The notes below the pieces were generated by a model that was given only the letters and a program-made list of their open reading frames with translations, had not been told where the DNA came from and searched no databases. This document shows, one piece after another, positions 62,801 through 64,000 of a stretch of 64,000 nt of DNA (position 1 is the stretch's first letter; each line of letters begins with the position of its first letter). The stretch comes from Hypanus sabinus. Taxonomy: Eukaryota. The stretch spans positions 62,001 through 126,000 of the forward strand of contig NW_026781544.1 of the NCBI RefSeq assembly GCF_030144855.1, given 5' to 3'. The translations under genes were made by a program, and so were the position numbers.

Positions 62801-63075
62801 CCTGCAACCTGTGTCCGGAGCCTTGTCCTGTAAACTGTGTCTGGCGCCTTGTCCTGCAACCTGTGTCCGGAGCCTTGTCCTGTAAACTGTGTCTGGAGCT
62901 TTGCCCTGTAAACTGTGTCCGGAGCCTTGTCCTGCAACCTGTGTCCGGAGCCTTGCCGTGCAACCTGTGGCCGGAGTCTTGTCCTGTAACCTGTGTCCGG
63001 AGCCTTGTCCTGTAACCTGTGTCCGGAGCCTTGTCCTGTAACCTGTGTCCGGAGCCTTGCCCTGCAACCTGTGTC
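59845..63075. repeat. 26-bp minisatellite, about 120 units, in the GPCR2 intron or upstream region
   Basis: Unit cctgtgtccggagccttgccctgtaa with 25-27 bp variants. Confidence 0.97.
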
Positions 63076-63119
63076 CTGAGCTTTGTCTCGCTCTGCCTCT
63101 GCCTGTAGTCTTGCCATTA

Positions 63120-64000
63120 TATAACCATATAACAATTACAGCACGGAAACAGGCCATCTCGGCCCTTCTAGTCGGTATTGAACGATTGCTCTCACCTAGT
63201 CCCACTGACCCAAACTCCGCCAGTAACACTGCTTTCCTTTCCTGTACATATACCTATCCAATTTTAATTTAAATGACAACACTGAACCTGCCACTACCAC
63301 TTCTGCTGGAGGCTCATTCCACACGGCTACCACTGACTGAGTAAAGAAATTCGGGTTACACATAATTTTTTGCCCCCTACCTCTCATATCCTGTCCTCTT
63401 TTTTGAATCTCATCTACACTCTATTGAAAAAGCCTATCCACGTCAACTTGTTCTATCCCCCTCATAATTTCTAAAAACTCTATCAAGTCCCCCCTCATCC
63501 TTTAACGCTTCAAAGAATAAAGACCTAACTTGTTCAACTTTTCCGTAATACTTAGCTGCTAAAACCGAGGTAAAAGTCTACTAAATCCCCGTGTACTCTC
63601 TCTATTTTGTTGCCATCTTTCCTATAAATCGGTGACCAGAACTGTATACAATACTCCAAATTCGGCCTTACCAATGCCTTGTACAATTTCAACATCACAT
63701 CCCAACTCATATACTAAATGCTCTGATTTATAAAGCCCTGCATACCAAAAGTTTTCTCCACCAGCCTATCCACATGAGATTGTACCTTCCGGGATCTATG
63801 CACCATTATTCCTAGATCACTCTGTTCTCTTGTATTTTTCAATATCCTACCATTTACCATGTATGTCCTATTTTGGATTATTCCTACCAAAATATAGCAG
63901 CTCACACTAATCAGCATTAAACTCCATCGGCTATTGTTCAGCCCGCTCTTCTAACTGGCCTAAATCTCTCTGCAAGCTTTGAAAACCTGCTTCATGATCC
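63120..64000 (-). mobile_element. CR1 LINE 3' part (continues beyond the window)
   Basis: FFTQSVVAVWNE, EQSDLGIMVHRS.KV.SHVDR. Confidence 0.88.

Noticed and set aside
8020-63075. CRISPR-like arrays
   Set aside because: Both arrays are head-to-tail units with no unique spacers, in a vertebrate context with no cas genes.
59701-63229. Long ORFs on both strands, including Cys-Pro-rich keratin-associated-like translations
   Set aside because: They are products of the 26-bp tandem repeat cycling through frames; no evidence of a gene.
1-64000. TRBD, TRBJ, TRBC, trypsinogen, RAG-like transposase, tRNA or rRNA genes
   Set aside because: None recognised by eye on either strand; small degenerate copies could have been missed.

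Overview
Repeat-rich vertebrate genomic DNA, most likely a cartilaginous fish (ray-like; inferred from the CR1/Penelope/Tc1 repeat content and the GPR139-like receptors). The left 28 kb is a T-cell receptor beta-type V-segment array with seven V segments in two families, all resembling mammalian TRBV30 and all followed by 23-bp-spacer RSSs. Five are on + and two on -. Two family-A segments look fully intact, one family-B V exon is intact but has no in-frame leader, and four segments are damaged. No D, J or C segment was found. The right 33 kb holds two paralogous GPR139/GPR142-like class A GPCR genes on -: one intact two-exon gene and one with a single nonsense codon. Around them are CR1, L1, Rex/Babar, Penelope and Tc1 relics, a Gmr1-type LTR element with a 4-bp TSD, and two long minisatellites (62 bp and 26 bp). 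The best new signal is a CTCF-like motif a fixed 39-40 bp after the RSS nonamer in 4 of 7 V segments. Also notable are a possibly leaderless, extra-cysteine V family paired behind family-A segments, and a minisatellite derived from CR1 coding sequence. All analysis was by eye, and repeat boundaries are approximate.
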